Part shown: positions 1-9,626 of the stretch, piece by piece
Layout: each line of letters begins with the position of its first letter
Numbering within the stretch: the stretch's first letter is position 1
NCBI GenBank assembly: GCA_965248265.1
Contig: CBDFJF010000002.1
Span: 3,744,001-3,808,000 of the forward strand
Source of the DNA: Candidatus Latescibacterota bacterium
GTDB taxonomy: Bacteria > Latescibacterota > UBA2968 > UBA8231
Length of the DNA: 64,000 nucleotides
Reading direction: 5' to 3'
Made by a program: the position numbers and the translations under genes
Notes under the pieces: generated by a model
Databases searched by the model: none
Told to the model about the DNA's origin: nothing
What the model saw: the letters and a program-made list of their open reading frames with translations, nothing else

Positions 1-997
1 GCCGTTGCCGTTGGCCGCTCAGGTATTGGCTCAGCGCCTGGTCCCACTCCCGACCCGGATCGGTAGCTGTGATCTGATCCGCGTACAGCGCAGCAAATCC
101 AGTATATCCCGATGTCTCAACAAGATCTTCCGCGTGGGACGAAGTTTCGCTGGCCACGCTGATCAACCCACCGAAAAATGAGCGTGGCTCAATCGTCGAC
201 CTCGCCTCGGGATGAGGCCAGAACACCATACCACCCCGCTGTTCGACATGATCGATGTAATTCTGATAGGGCGCGCTGCCCAGGTCCCCGCTATAGGCAT
301 CCATCACCGCAACCTTTAGCGGCTGGCCGCTGAAGACATCGGCCAGGCACAGTAATGATACGGCCCCGATACCGACACGGAGCCGCCGTCCGCTACCCAA
401 CACCAAGGCATAGGCCAACCCGGCCAGTGGCCACAGCGACAGCCACCCCTGCCACTGGTCGATCCATGCGGCGTCACTGCCGAGTACGGGCAACGAGGCG
501 TATTCTTCGGCACTCTGCAAACCGATAGCGATCAAGTGCTTGTTCCAGTTCACGAAACGCCACGAGAGCGAGGCCAGTTCAATATCCCAAAAGTAGAATG
601 GAGCAGACTCGACCCCATCAATGAGGATCAAGGACTCGTGCTCGGCGTTCAGACGATCGATCTCTGTCAGGTATGCATCGATTGTCTCGTCCGTCAGTAG
701 GGCTTTTCTGGTCTCGGAATAACCAATCAAGTTTCGAAGAAAAGGCAACCCATAGCTGACTTGCAGCACGTCATCATCCGTGAGTACCAGTACTTCGACA
801 CCGTGGTCGAGCGCGCGTCGAGCAATCGTGTCCAGGCTTTCCTCGCCCGTACTGAACTCCGAGTGGATGTGCATGGCACCGCGCAGCTGAATGAAGCCGT
901 CATCGTGGGACCCGGCCTCCCCCCCTTTTGCCGTCGATACCGTCACCAGGAAAACGGCGGCACAAGCAACCGTCACGCTGTGCGTCGTCACAGACAT
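1..997 (-). CDS. PHP-domain metallo-phosphoesterase-like exported/membrane protein (runs off the window's left edge)
   Basis: Not in the ORF track because there is no stop in the window. Manual translation from ATG 997: MSVTTHSVTVACAAVFLVTVSTAKG (signal-like)...GAMHIHSEFSTGEESLDTIARRALDHGVEVLVLTD...GVE...HLIAIG, two internal hydrophobic segments, then VEQRGGMVFWPHP. These are PHP-fold motifs. Confidence 0.7.
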   Translation of the reverse strand, partial: MSVTTHSVTVACAAVFLVTVSTAKGGEAGSHDDGFIQLRGAMHIHSEFSTGEESLDTIARRALDHGVEVLVLTDDDVLQVSYGLPFLRNLIGYSETRKALLTDETIDAYLTEIDRLNAEHESLILIDGVESAPFYFWDIELASLSWRFVNWNKHLIAIGLQSAEEYASLPVLGSDAAWIDQWQGWLSLWPLAGLAYALVLGSGRRLRVGIGAVSLLCLADVFSGQPLKVAVMDAYSGDLGSAPYQNYIDHVEQRGGMVFWPHPEARSTIEPRSFFGGLISVASETSSHAEDLVETSGYTGFAALYADQITATDPGREWDQALSQYLSGQRQR

Positions 998-1006
998 CCT
1001 ACACCG

Positions 1007-2176
1007 TCAGGCAGCATTGTCGACCAGCTCATCGTAAAGCAGCTCTATCTGCTCTACCATACTGTCGGCACTGTAGGCTTGCGCCCGCTTGTTTGCGGTT
1101 GCTGCGAACCGGGATCTCTCTGCGTCGTGATTCAACATACGCAGAACACCATCCGCCAGCTCTTGAGGCGCAGCCGGGGGCACCAGCAACCCCTCCTGCT
1201 CATTGCGGATCAGCTCCGGAATACCTCCCACGTTCGTGGCCACACAGGGCACCCCCGCGTACATCGCCTCCACCAGCGCCTTGCCCATGCCTTCGTTGAT
1301 AGACGGAAAGACGAAGACGTCCATGCCACCCAGAACCTCGGCTATGTCATCTCGCCACCCGGCGAAGACTGTATAGTTCTCAACCCTCAACTCCCGGGCC
1401 AGAGTTTCGAGTGCAATACGCTCCTCGCCATCGCCGACGAGCAACAGCCAGGCGTTGCCGAACCGGGTTCGTACCATGGCAAAGGACTCAAGTAGAACCC
1501 GGTGGCCCTTGATCGCCGTGAGTCGACCCAGGGAACCGATCACGATGCCATCAGGATCGATTCCAAGGTCGCCACGGATGGCGGTGCGGTCGCGCTTTGT
1601 GGCCCCGTTCTCGAAGGCAGAGAAATCGATTCCGCTGTGGATGACGCAAAAACGCTCGCGTGGCGCGATCCCAAAGCGAAGATGGTCCTCGAGGTCCGCC
1701 TGTGTCAGTGCGATGACGCGGTCTGTAAAGCCAGCCACCCAGCGTTCAAGCCAGACGAACAGCTGCGTTATCACGGCGCCGTAATAGCCGTAGAACACAT
1801 GTCCGTGCGGCGTGTGGAGGATGCGCGGGACCCCCTCAAACCTCGCTGCCAGGCGACCCAGTATACCCGCCTTGGAGGTGTGTGTGTGAACGATGTCGTA
1901 GGTGTTGCTTTGCATGATTCGGCGTAGAGAGCGCAAGGCTCGCCAATCCGCCAGCGGGGCAACGGCACGTACCAGTTCGGGGATCTCGAAGAGAGCGACT
2001 CCAGACGCACGCGCCTCATCGAGGGTGGGTCCCGGATCACCCGCCGTCATCCCCACAGCCAGGTGGACTTCGAAGCGGCTCTTGTCGAGCCGAGCCACGG
2101 TCAACAGCGTGTTTTCTGCCGAGCCACCAGGATCCAGCCGAGTGATTACGTGCAAGACCCGAACGGGCACATTCAT
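1007..2176 (-). CDS. Glycosyltransferase family 4 (GT-B)
   Basis: VLHVITRLDPGGSAEN, DIVHTHTSKAG, EGMGKALVEAM (E-x7-E), ATNVGGIPE. Confidence 0.92.
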   Translation of the reverse strand: MNVPVRVLHVITRLDPGGSAENTLLTVARLDKSRFEVHLAVGMTAGDPGPTLDEARASGVALFEIPELVRAVAPLADWRALRSLRRIMQSNTYDIVHTHTSKAGILGRLAARFEGVPRILHTPHGHVFYGYYGAVITQLFVWLERWVAGFTDRVIALTQADLEDHLRFGIAPRERFCVIHSGIDFSAFENGATKRDRTAIRGDLGIDPDGIVIGSLGRLTAIKGHRVLLESFAMVRTRFGNAWLLLVGDGEERIALETLARELRVENYTVFAGWRDDIAEVLGGMDVFVFPSINEGMGKALVEAMYAGVPCVATNVGGIPELIRNEQEGLLVPPAAPQELADGVLRMLNHDAERSRFAATANKRAQAYSADSMVEQIELLYDELVDNAA

Positions 2177-3702
2177 GGAGCCGCCTTCGCCTTCTCCGAT
2201 TCGGAGTCCTCCATGTCGTCTGCGCCGCCGACAACCTCAGCCTCCTCAGCCCGCATGATGCCGGAGGCGCATACCACCAATCCAACAGCCAGCCAGAATG
2301 GCTCCATGATGCGGACGATGATGAAGGTGTTGGCGCCGACTGCATGGACCAACAGACCGACGGTTCCGGCCAGCAACCCGGCGGCAAGCCCTTTGAAGAG
2401 CGGATCCTTGGCCCGTTCGAACACATTGCGGGCCTCCCGAAAAACGCCTACAACCAAGGCACCGAAAGCCACCACTCCGAGCAATCCGGTTTCGGCCAGG
2501 ACCCGTGGGTACTGTGCATCCAGAAACTTGTAACCGGTTACTCCGTATCCCCAAATCGGGCTGTAGAGGGCGTCCGCAAAGGCACCCTGCCAGCTTTCCA
2601 GGCGCTGGGATGTCGAGGTGTCCAAACGAACGTCACCGACTTGGACCTGCGTAAGGTGGCTCTGCCTGCTCTGCCCCCAGGTATGGCTGATTCGATCTTT
2701 GACGGTTTGCGGCATAACGGCCACCCCGAGCGCGCTAATCGCAAAGAGGGCGATGATCATGACCAAACGTGTCCGCAAACTTTTGTTGAGCACGATGAAG
2801 GCTGCGTACACGAACGGGGCAGCCAGGTACGAGCCTCTCGATAGGGTTGCCAGGAAAGGCACAATGATCAACGTAAGCAACCCGATCAACCATATCCGCT
2901 GGGACCGTGTCCGCAGCTGCATGATAAGGCCCCCTGCCAGTGCCGCGATGAAAAGCAGATAGCCGCCAAGGGTATTCGGTTCGCCCTGTTCCCCCTCGAA
3001 AGGTGCGGCGACACGTTGCCCGGTCGGAATCTGCGCAATCGCGACGAAACACACGATCACGGCCGTCAGCAACATGGCCACCGTGAACCGTTTGATCTGT
3101 TCTCTGGTATGGATGTTGTTGGCGACGACGAAATAGATGACGAAGTACTCGATGTACTTCAGGACGAAGAAGAAAGCGGTAACGCCGGTTACACTGCCGA
3201 AGATCATGCCGAGGCTCGTCGCCAGAATGCATGCAGCCGTGTAATAACCGATGGGCCGGTTCAGGGCCGTACTGCGCACCAAGCCCAACTCCTTGTGCAC
3301 CGCCATGCGGGTGAGCCAGGCGAACGCCATGACGACAAGGAGCAGGTCTTCCGTGCGCAGGGTGACCCCTCGGCCAGCCGTGGTTCTGTTGGGATCGGAC
3401 AATCCCCCCACACCGAACTCCGGTGACAGCAGCATCGAGAACACGAGGACGTAGAGGCTGACTTCGGTATTGATAAAGCAGAGGATGAAAACGACGATTG
3501 CGATGACGAGTCCGGCCCCGATCTCGAACGGTAGTCCGGCCAGTGCGGCCGCAAGCACCAGGCACGCCACAAAGATGACAGCCAGCAGCGGCCCATGAGC
3601 CAGGTTCAGGCCATGGTTACCAGAGGAGGGGTGTTGCGGTGGCACGTTCGAGATGGCGTTCTCCTTCGATATACTGTCGCCGGGGTCATCGTCCGGCGTC
3701 AT
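2173..3702 (-). CDS. O-antigen ligase / Wzy polymerase-family membrane protein
   Basis: About 12 hydrophobic segments, EPNTLGGYL, TLSRGSYL, periplasmic loop with R..SW...SPIWGYG..., LAETGLLG; 4-bp overlap with the GT4 start. Confidence 0.82.
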   Translation of the reverse strand: MTPDDDPGDSISKENAISNVPPQHPSSGNHGLNLAHGPLLAVIFVACLVLAAALAGLPFEIGAGLVIAIVVFILCFINTEVSLYVLVFSMLLSPEFGVGGLSDPNRTTAGRGVTLRTEDLLLVVMAFAWLTRMAVHKELGLVRSTALNRPIGYYTAACILATSLGMIFGSVTGVTAFFFVLKYIEYFVIYFVVANNIHTREQIKRFTVAMLLTAVIVCFVAIAQIPTGQRVAAPFEGEQGEPNTLGGYLLFIAALAGGLIMQLRTRSQRIWLIGLLTLIIVPFLATLSRGSYLAAPFVYAAFIVLNKSLRTRLVMIIALFAISALGVAVMPQTVKDRISHTWGQSRQSHLTQVQVGDVRLDTSTSQRLESWQGAFADALYSPIWGYGVTGYKFLDAQYPRVLAETGLLGVVAFGALVVGVFREARNVFERAKDPLFKGLAAGLLAGTVGLLVHAVGANTFIIVRIMEPFWLAVGLVVCASGIMRAEEAEVVGGADDMEDSESEKAKAAP

Positions 3703-3939
3703 TCAGTCACACACATATCCTGTGCCAGGCGCAGGAACTATGGAGGACACGCGCCTCTGGGGTCTACATCCAGGGGGGGAAGGACAGAGTTTCGAGGTTC
3801 AGCGCAAGCGAAAGTGAGGTCAGCGCCGGACTGGCGCGACAGATCGAGCCAATCCGCTAGCCGTCCGTCCTCTGCACACCTGTGTGAGCATCAGATATCT
3901 ATCAGTAAATATATGTATTTGGATGTTTTTTCGTTTGTG

Positions 3940-6900
3940 CTATATGTCGACGGAGGCGTTCTGAACCTCGATGACATCGGCGATATAGTGACGGGCTTCA
4001 GCAGCGGTCTCGAAAGCTCCAACCTGGAGAGAGATTGCGGCGTCTGTTGTTCGCATGTGTGCCGCATGGGTCAGGTCACCCAGGTGTTCGAGAACCTTGT
4101 TGGCGTGCTCACGGTGCCCGTACCGCGCCAGTTCCACTGAATACGGCAATCGCAAAACCGAGAACTGATCGACAATCTCTCTGTGCTGCAAATCGCTGGC
4201 ATGGCGGAAGGCGTCATCCCAGCTGGCGAAACGTCCGATGATGAGACGTTCGAATAGCTTCCCTTTTATTCTCTTCTGAGCCAGGAAGGCGCTTTCGCCT
4301 CCCTGCCGGAGCTCATCCACGGCTTGTGCCGACCACTCACTCCCAGGCGCATATGAAGCAACCCTAATCACGTACGGCTCCGCGTCTTCGACCACAATGC
4401 GGACACTGTTTACGTGAGCAGTCTGGTCTGGAACGACTGAATTCAGCGTATGGTTACCCCTTAGGTTGTGTGAGGTAACCGATTCTTCCATAGTGATATC
4501 GAGACTTCCCATTTCCGCTGCCTGAAGCGATGGGGCCGAATCAGGGACTCCGGTAGCTTCGACGTAGTAGCTGCCAGACTGTCTGCTCATGTCTGTTGCG
4601 GCGGCGACGATCCCGGGAGCGATCCCCGGAGCGGTCCCCAGAGCGTCCTCGACATCGTCCTCGACCGCCGGAGATACGGAGCCAAAGAGCACCGGAAGCA
4701 ACCCGAGCGGTTTCTTCAGGTAGCCGCTCTGCCATAGCAACCCCAGTCCCGTCACAACAATGGCCAGGTAAGCAAGAATCCTCTTTACTGTACTTCGGGG
4801 CGAAGACTGGGACATATCACCCAATCGAACTGGGGCCGTTGTCCGATTCTGGCGTCCTCCCTCTCCGCCCAGGTCGACCGCCGGTTCGTCGGCCTCCACA
4901 TCCAGACCGAATTTTTTCTTCCACCGTCGGGTTGTATCCTGGACTCGTTGCGCGAAAGGCCTCTCTGGAGCCGTGACCTCGCTGCCATAAGCATAGTAGG
5001 CGTTGTACCCCATATCGTGGAAGTCGGAGCTCATTTCGGCGCGGATACCGTTGAGGACAACTCCGAGTAGTTCGATCTCAACGCTGCGCAGCAGACTCGT
5101 CGAGCGCTTGAGCGAAGTCCGAGCAACTTCCCCAGCCTTGTACACCACCAGCGTGCCATCCACCTTTTTGCCGAGGATTGCCGCGTCCGTCACGTGCAGG
5201 ACGGGGGGTGAATCGATCAGGACGACATCGTATTCCTCTTTGATTTCGTCGATGAATTCAGCCATGGCCCTCGAATTGAGCAGTTCTGTCGGATTCGGAG
5301 GTATGGAGCCGCTGGTGATGATGTGAAGATTACCGATGCCCTGAGTCTGGAGTATGTCCTCCATTCCCATGCCACCAGTGACGATATCGGTCACCGTACG
5401 AATCACATCTCGCCAGGCATGATTGCCGACTATGACCTCCGTTACGCCAGGTTCCTTGTTGAGGCCAAACACGCGGGCGATGGATGGTTTGCGTAAATCG
5501 CAATCAACGAGCAACGTGCGTTTACCCAGTTGAGCCATTGTCATTGACAGATTTGAGATCGTCGTGCTCTTGCCTTCAAAGTGCATGGAACTGGTCACCA
5601 TCAGGCACTTGGCACCCTTCTCGACCGTGACGAATTCGATATTCGTGCGGAGCGTCCGGTAGGTCTCCGCCAGTGTGGATTGTGGGTCAAAATAGGTGAC
5701 CAGCTGGGCCTTGCGTTGCATCAACCGATCATCGGATACGTCGACATCGCGCCGCATCAACGATGCCCGCACATCATCCACATTGATGAAGGGGACGATT
5801 CCGACAACCTGCATGCCGGTGTATTCCTGGACGTCCTCGATCGTGCCGATGGAGGTATCCAGCGTCTCTGCCACGACGGCAAACACGACCCCGAGGATCA
5901 ACCCCAGCAACAAGCCCATGATCGCGCGTTTGAGCGGATGGTGGGGATTGATCGGACGTGTCGGCGTGGTTGCCCATTCGAGGACGGTTACTTCCTCCAC
6001 CTTGTCAGCCTCACGGATCAACGCCTCCTGGTAGCCCTCTTCCAGGGCCGTAACCACTTGTTGGCGCATCGCCACTTCCCGCTCAAGCCGGGACAATTCC
6101 AATCCCATCGAGGGCAGCTGGCTGTAGGAACCCCGCAACGAGGACAGCAGCTTACGTTCGGCAGCCAGGTCTTTCTGTAGCGCCTGCTTGCGTTGTTTCA
6201 ACTCGCCCAGAAGACTTTCGCCAATCTGGTCGATTTGTACCTGGAGTTGAAGTATCGTCGGATGATCTTCGGTGTATTGGACGAGCAGTCCATCGCGTTG
6301 CAGCTTCAGACTGTTCAGCTGTCGACTCATGGAGACGAACGCCTCGCCGACCCTGATCCGGGACACCCCCTGCAGGGTTTTCTCGGATAGGCCGTTTTGA
6401 CCTTCCATCTCAGCGGCCATGTCACTGATGATGCCCAGATCCTGCTGCAGCCGTTGGCTGTCGCGTTCAGCACCAGTGATCTGTTGTAGATTGACGCTGG
6501 CCTGCGACTCCAGCGAGATCAAATCGGTTTTCTCGCGATATGCACGCACAGCGTCTTCAGCCTCTGCCAGCGCTGAGCGGGCACTGCCGCGTTGTCCCTC
6601 CACGAACTCGCGGTGCGTAACCGCCTGGTGATTCTTTAAATCGTGATCGTAGTCGCGATAGACCCCCGCAATCGTGTTGGCCAGATCACGAGCGCGTGGG
6701 GGACTCAGATCCGTAGTCTCGATGGAGATGATGTTGGTGAATCCCTCTTGCGAGGTGTTGATGCGGGTATACAACCCGAGCAGGACAAGCGCAGAATCAT
6801 CTGCAGTGGTCGCTTGAGTGAACAGCCCGAGCTTGCTGCCGGTGCGCTTGAGAACGGGATGGCTGGTGATGATGGCACGTTGGGTCTCGATCTCATCGCC

Positions 6901-7116
6901 CGAGTTGTAGGCGATAGTCTGCAGATAGAGGCCCGTCAGATTCTGACGAAGGCTGATCTGTACTTTGGCGACAGCGTTGTAGAGGGGGTCAGGCTGCCAG
7001 ACAGAAGCGATCAGAAAACTGAAGAAGCACAGTAGAACGCCCGTGAAGAATACGATACCCTTGCGGCGGCGCAGGATGCGCCAGTAGTCCCTCAGGGTAA
7101 CTTCGTACTGTGCCAT
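3940..7116 (-). CDS. wzc: Wzc-like polysaccharide co-polymerase / BY-kinase with C-terminal TM and tandem SPOR-like domains
   Basis: N-terminal LRDYWRILRRRK + TM, periplasmic coiled coil, TM2, AETYRTLRTN, Walker A (EGKST), A' (LVDCDLRKP), B (LIDSPP), Tyr cluster GYNAYYAY, then about 345 extra residues. Confidence 0.9.
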   Translation of the reverse strand: MAQYEVTLRDYWRILRRRKGIVFFTGVLLCFFSFLIASVWQPDPLYNAVAKVQISLRQNLTGLYLQTIAYNSGDEIETQRAIITSHPVLKRTGSKLGLFTQATTADDSALVLLGLYTRINTSQEGFTNIISIETTDLSPPRARDLANTIAGVYRDYDHDLKNHQAVTHREFVEGQRGSARSALAEAEDAVRAYREKTDLISLESQASVNLQQITGAERDSQRLQQDLGIISDMAAEMEGQNGLSEKTLQGVSRIRVGEAFVSMSRQLNSLKLQRDGLLVQYTEDHPTILQLQVQIDQIGESLLGELKQRKQALQKDLAAERKLLSSLRGSYSQLPSMGLELSRLEREVAMRQQVVTALEEGYQEALIREADKVEEVTVLEWATTPTRPINPHHPLKRAIMGLLLGLILGVVFAVVAETLDTSIGTIEDVQEYTGMQVVGIVPFINVDDVRASLMRRDVDVSDDRLMQRKAQLVTYFDPQSTLAETYRTLRTNIEFVTVEKGAKCLMVTSSMHFEGKSTTISNLSMTMAQLGKRTLLVDCDLRKPSIARVFGLNKEPGVTEVIVGNHAWRDVIRTVTDIVTGGMGMEDILQTQGIGNLHIITSGSIPPNPTELLNSRAMAEFIDEIKEEYDVVLIDSPPVLHVTDAAILGKKVDGTLVVYKAGEVARTSLKRSTSLLRSVEIELLGVVLNGIRAEMSSDFHDMGYNAYYAYGSEVTAPERPFAQRVQDTTRRWKKKFGLDVEADEPAVDLGGEGGRQNRTTAPVRLGDMSQSSPRSTVKRILAYLAIVVTGLGLLWQSGYLKKPLGLLPVLFGSVSPAVEDDVEDALGTAPGIAPGIVAAATDMSRQSGSYYVEATGVPDSAPSLQAAEMGSLDITMEESVTSHNLRGNHTLNSVVPDQTAHVNSVRIVVEDAEPYVIRVASYAPGSEWSAQAVDELRQGGESAFLAQKRIKGKLFERLIIGRFASWDDAFRHASDLQHREIVDQFSVLRLPYSVELARYGHREHANKVLEHLGDLTHAAHMRTTDAAISLQVGAFETAAEARHYIADVIEVQNASVDI

Positions 7117-7128
7117 GATCGGGTCTGA

Positions 7129-7824
7129 TCAGCTGCGTCGTCCGGTAGCCCTTCGAGGCCGCCGTCCGTATGCGGGCGGCTCGGGCCGGTCCGAATCATC
7201 CTCCGCGGCCGATTTGGGCGATGCAGTCTTCGGGGAACCAAGGGGCGGTGTCTGAGACTCAGCGCGATCAGGACCGGCCTCTCGGAGACCGTGTACCTGT
7301 CCGACGAACTCCGACGGAATCTCGCGCGTGAGCACGACTTCGCCACGAGCGAAAAACTCGATATCCCCGTCATCATAGGCCTTTTTTGCCAGGATCTCAG
7401 CTACACACGGGGTACCAACCTCCCGGCTTCTGGACTTCGCCGAGTCGAAATCCATCGACAGATGCAGGTACGAGCGATCGACCGGATGGATGCCGTTTGC
7501 CTCCATCCGGCTGCCGGCCTTGGCCGTCGTCCCCATGTAGAGCTTCTCTGGAGGATCCATCGGATCGCCATCCATTTCGACAAAAAAACTATGCCCGTAC
7601 AGGGCGCGAATTCTCTCGTCCACAATTTCGAACCGGTGTTGGCTGGTGTCAGCCACGAGATCTCGCACGGCCTCGTCCGTGGCTTCGTCATAGCGCTCCT
7701 GCACAACCTCGACGACCTCATCGAGAGGTATGAAGCCGAACTCATCGATGTTGAGCCCGAATTCATCGGGTCGATGACGTAGAATCAGCGACAGTAGCTT
7801 TGATATGCGGCTGCGATCAACCAA
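7129..7824 (-). CDS. kptA: RNA 2'-phosphotransferase (Tpt1/KptA)
   Basis: SKLLSLILRHRP, RFEI, RIRALYGHS, LYMGT, R.YLHLS motifs. Confidence 0.88.
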   Translation of the reverse strand: MVDRSRISKLLSLILRHRPDEFGLNIDEFGFIPLDEVVEVVQERYDEATDEAVRDLVADTSQHRFEIVDERIRALYGHSFFVEMDGDPMDPPEKLYMGTTAKAGSRMEANGIHPVDRSYLHLSMDFDSAKSRSREVGTPCVAEILAKKAYDDGDIEFFARGEVVLTREIPSEFVGQVHGLREAGPDRAESQTPPLGSPKTASPKSAAEDDSDRPEPPAYGRRPRRATGRRS

Positions 7825-7845
7825 CGGAGTTCTCCCTTGTTAAAA

Positions 7846-7922
7846 CGACTCGCTACGACTTGAAGCAAGCAATACTGACACGACTCGCACAGCGAGTCGC
7901 TACGACTTGCAACGCAAGTCGT
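7846..7922. repeat. Cluster of CGACT/AGTCG direct and inverted repeats forming two hairpins
   Basis: cgactcgc-aca-gcgagtcg (7881-7899); acgacttgc-aac-gcaagtcgt (7902-7922); near-direct repeat cga(c/g)tcgctacgacttg at 7846 and 7893. Confidence 0.7.
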
Positions 7923-7925
7923 CCT

Positions 7926-8378
7926 TCACTTCCATTTCTGCCGGTACTTGTCGATGGCCTCACCGATTGCGGAATCCGACAGGGCCAGTATCTGCGCGGC
8001 CAGCATGGCGGCATTACGCGCGTTATCGATACCAACTGTCGCCACCGGAATCCCGGGTGGCATTTGGACGATGCTGTAGAGCGAATCAGCTCCGCCCAGA
8101 CTGGAGGCCGCAATCGGCACGCCGATTACGGGAAGCGTCGTATGAGCGGCCAGCACCCCCGGCAACGCAGCAGCCAAACCAGCTCCGGCGATCAACACCT
8201 TGAGCCCCCGTTTGGCGGCACCGGTTGCGTACTCGGCCGTGCGCTGTGGATTGCGGTGGGCGGAGCATACCTGGGTCTCGAACCCAACGCCCAACTCATC
8301 GAGTACCCCTTCGGCCTTCTTCATGACGGCCTCATCCGAGGAACTGCCCATGATGATTCCGACCTCAACTCCTGCCAA
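7926..8378 (-). CDS. purE: N5-carboxyaminoimidazole ribonucleotide mutase
   Basis: [45 protein letters not shown]. Confidence 0.97.
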   Translation of the reverse strand: MAGVEVGIIMGSSSDEAVMKKAEGVLDELGVGFETQVCSAHRNPQRTAEYATGAAKRGLKVLIAGAGLAAALPGVLAAHTTLPVIGVPIAASSLGGADSLYSIVQMPPGIPVATVGIDNARNAAMLAAQILALSDSAIGEAIDKYRQKWK

Positions 8379-8438
8379 ATCCCACCTCCATCTCTATTGT
8401 CATCTACCGACCTCTGTCGGGGCCACTGGATAAGTAGA

Positions 8439-9587
8439 CTAAGCCATTTTCTTGCGCAAGATCGCCGGATATTCGAGGTATTCCCGAGGCATCACGCCCG
8501 TCTCCTCCTCTTCCTGCACAATCACCGGCTCCTCTATCTCGCCGCGGGTGCGAGCTGTGCGCGAGCGCACCGATACCCTCGACGGCTGGGCAGCCGGCTG
8601 TTCGTCCGTGGCCTCGTAGCGGCCTTCCTTGTTCATGTAAAAACCCGTAGCGATGACCGTGACCCGCATCTCATCCACCAGCGACTCATCGATGACGGTA
8701 CCAAAAATGATATTGGCCTCGTCGCCAGCAGCGCTCTGGATGACTGAAGCCGCTTCATTGGCCTCGAACAGCGTCAAATTCGATCCCGCCGATATATTGA
8801 TCAACGCGCCCTTGGCCCCCTCGATGGAAATATCTTCGAGCAGCGGGCTCTTGATCGCCTTTTTCGCCGCTTCGATAGAGCGATTCTCGCCTCGATGAGA
8901 GCCCATGCCGATGATGGCATCGCCGCCCTCCGTGATCACCGTCTTCACGTCATTAAAATCCAGGTTGATCATACCCGGCACCGTGATCAGATCGGCGATT
9001 CCGCGAGTCGCCTGCAGGAGCACATCGTCCGCCTTGGCGAAGGCCTCCTCCAGCGTCGTGTCACGTGAGCATACCGACAGCAAGCGCTGGTTTTTGATTA
9101 CAATCAGCGTATCGACATGGTCCTGCAACTCGGCGATACCGGCCTGGGCATTGCGCATACGTGGGAACCCCTCAAACTGGAAAGGCTCGGTTGCGATACC
9201 GACGGTGAGAGCCCCTTGATCCCTGGCGATCTCAGCCACCACCGGAGCGGCCCCCGTGCCGGTGCCACCTCCCATGCCAGCCGTGATGAACACGAGGTCC
9301 GTGTCCACCAGCTGCTCGGATACCTTGTCCCGATCCTCTTCTATGGCTTGCCTGGCGATTTCCGGCTTGGCACCGGCTCCCAACCCGCGCGTGATGCTCT
9401 CACCGATGCATATACCGACACCGGCAGACGACACCTCCAAATCCTGGTTGTCCGTGTTCACGGCGATGAAGTCCACCCCGTGCATTCCCGAGGCCACCAT
9501 GCGGTTTATCGCATTGCCGCCCGCACCGCCTACTCCGATTACCTTGATGCTCGCTTTTTGCTCAAAGTCTATGATCTTGAAAGTCAT
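8439..9587 (-). CDS. ftsZ: Cell division GTPase FtsZ
   Basis: IKVIGVGGAGGNA, GGGTGTG tubulin motif, NLDFND, C-terminal YPAILRK; AGGAGG 9 nt before ATG 9587. Confidence 0.98.
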   Translation of the reverse strand: MTFKIIDFEQKASIKVIGVGGAGGNAINRMVASGMHGVDFIAVNTDNQDLEVSSAGVGICIGESITRGLGAGAKPEIARQAIEEDRDKVSEQLVDTDLVFITAGMGGGTGTGAAPVVAEIARDQGALTVGIATEPFQFEGFPRMRNAQAGIAELQDHVDTLIVIKNQRLLSVCSRDTTLEEAFAKADDVLLQATRGIADLITVPGMINLDFNDVKTVITEGGDAIIGMGSHRGENRSIEAAKKAIKSPLLEDISIEGAKGALINISAGSNLTLFEANEAASVIQSAAGDEANIIFGTVIDESLVDEMRVTVIATGFYMNKEGRYEATDEQPAAQPSRVSVRSRTARTRGEIEEPVIVQEEEETGVMPREYLEYPAILRKKMA

Positions 9588-9626
9588 TTCGCACAACCTC
9601 CTGGCTAGTCTGCAACGTCTCTGCCG

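Noticed and set aside
761-1495. Long antisense ORFs in the track (e.g. 761-1495, 7800-8747, 23815-24888, 40202-41197, 45115-46221)
   Set aside because: They lie opposite or across well-supported genes, lack motifs, and are expected shadow ORFs in GC-rich DNA.
3703-3939. ops/JUMPstart antitermination element between wzc and wzy
   Set aside because: Only a weak GGCTAGCG resemblance to GGCGGTAGC; insufficient support.
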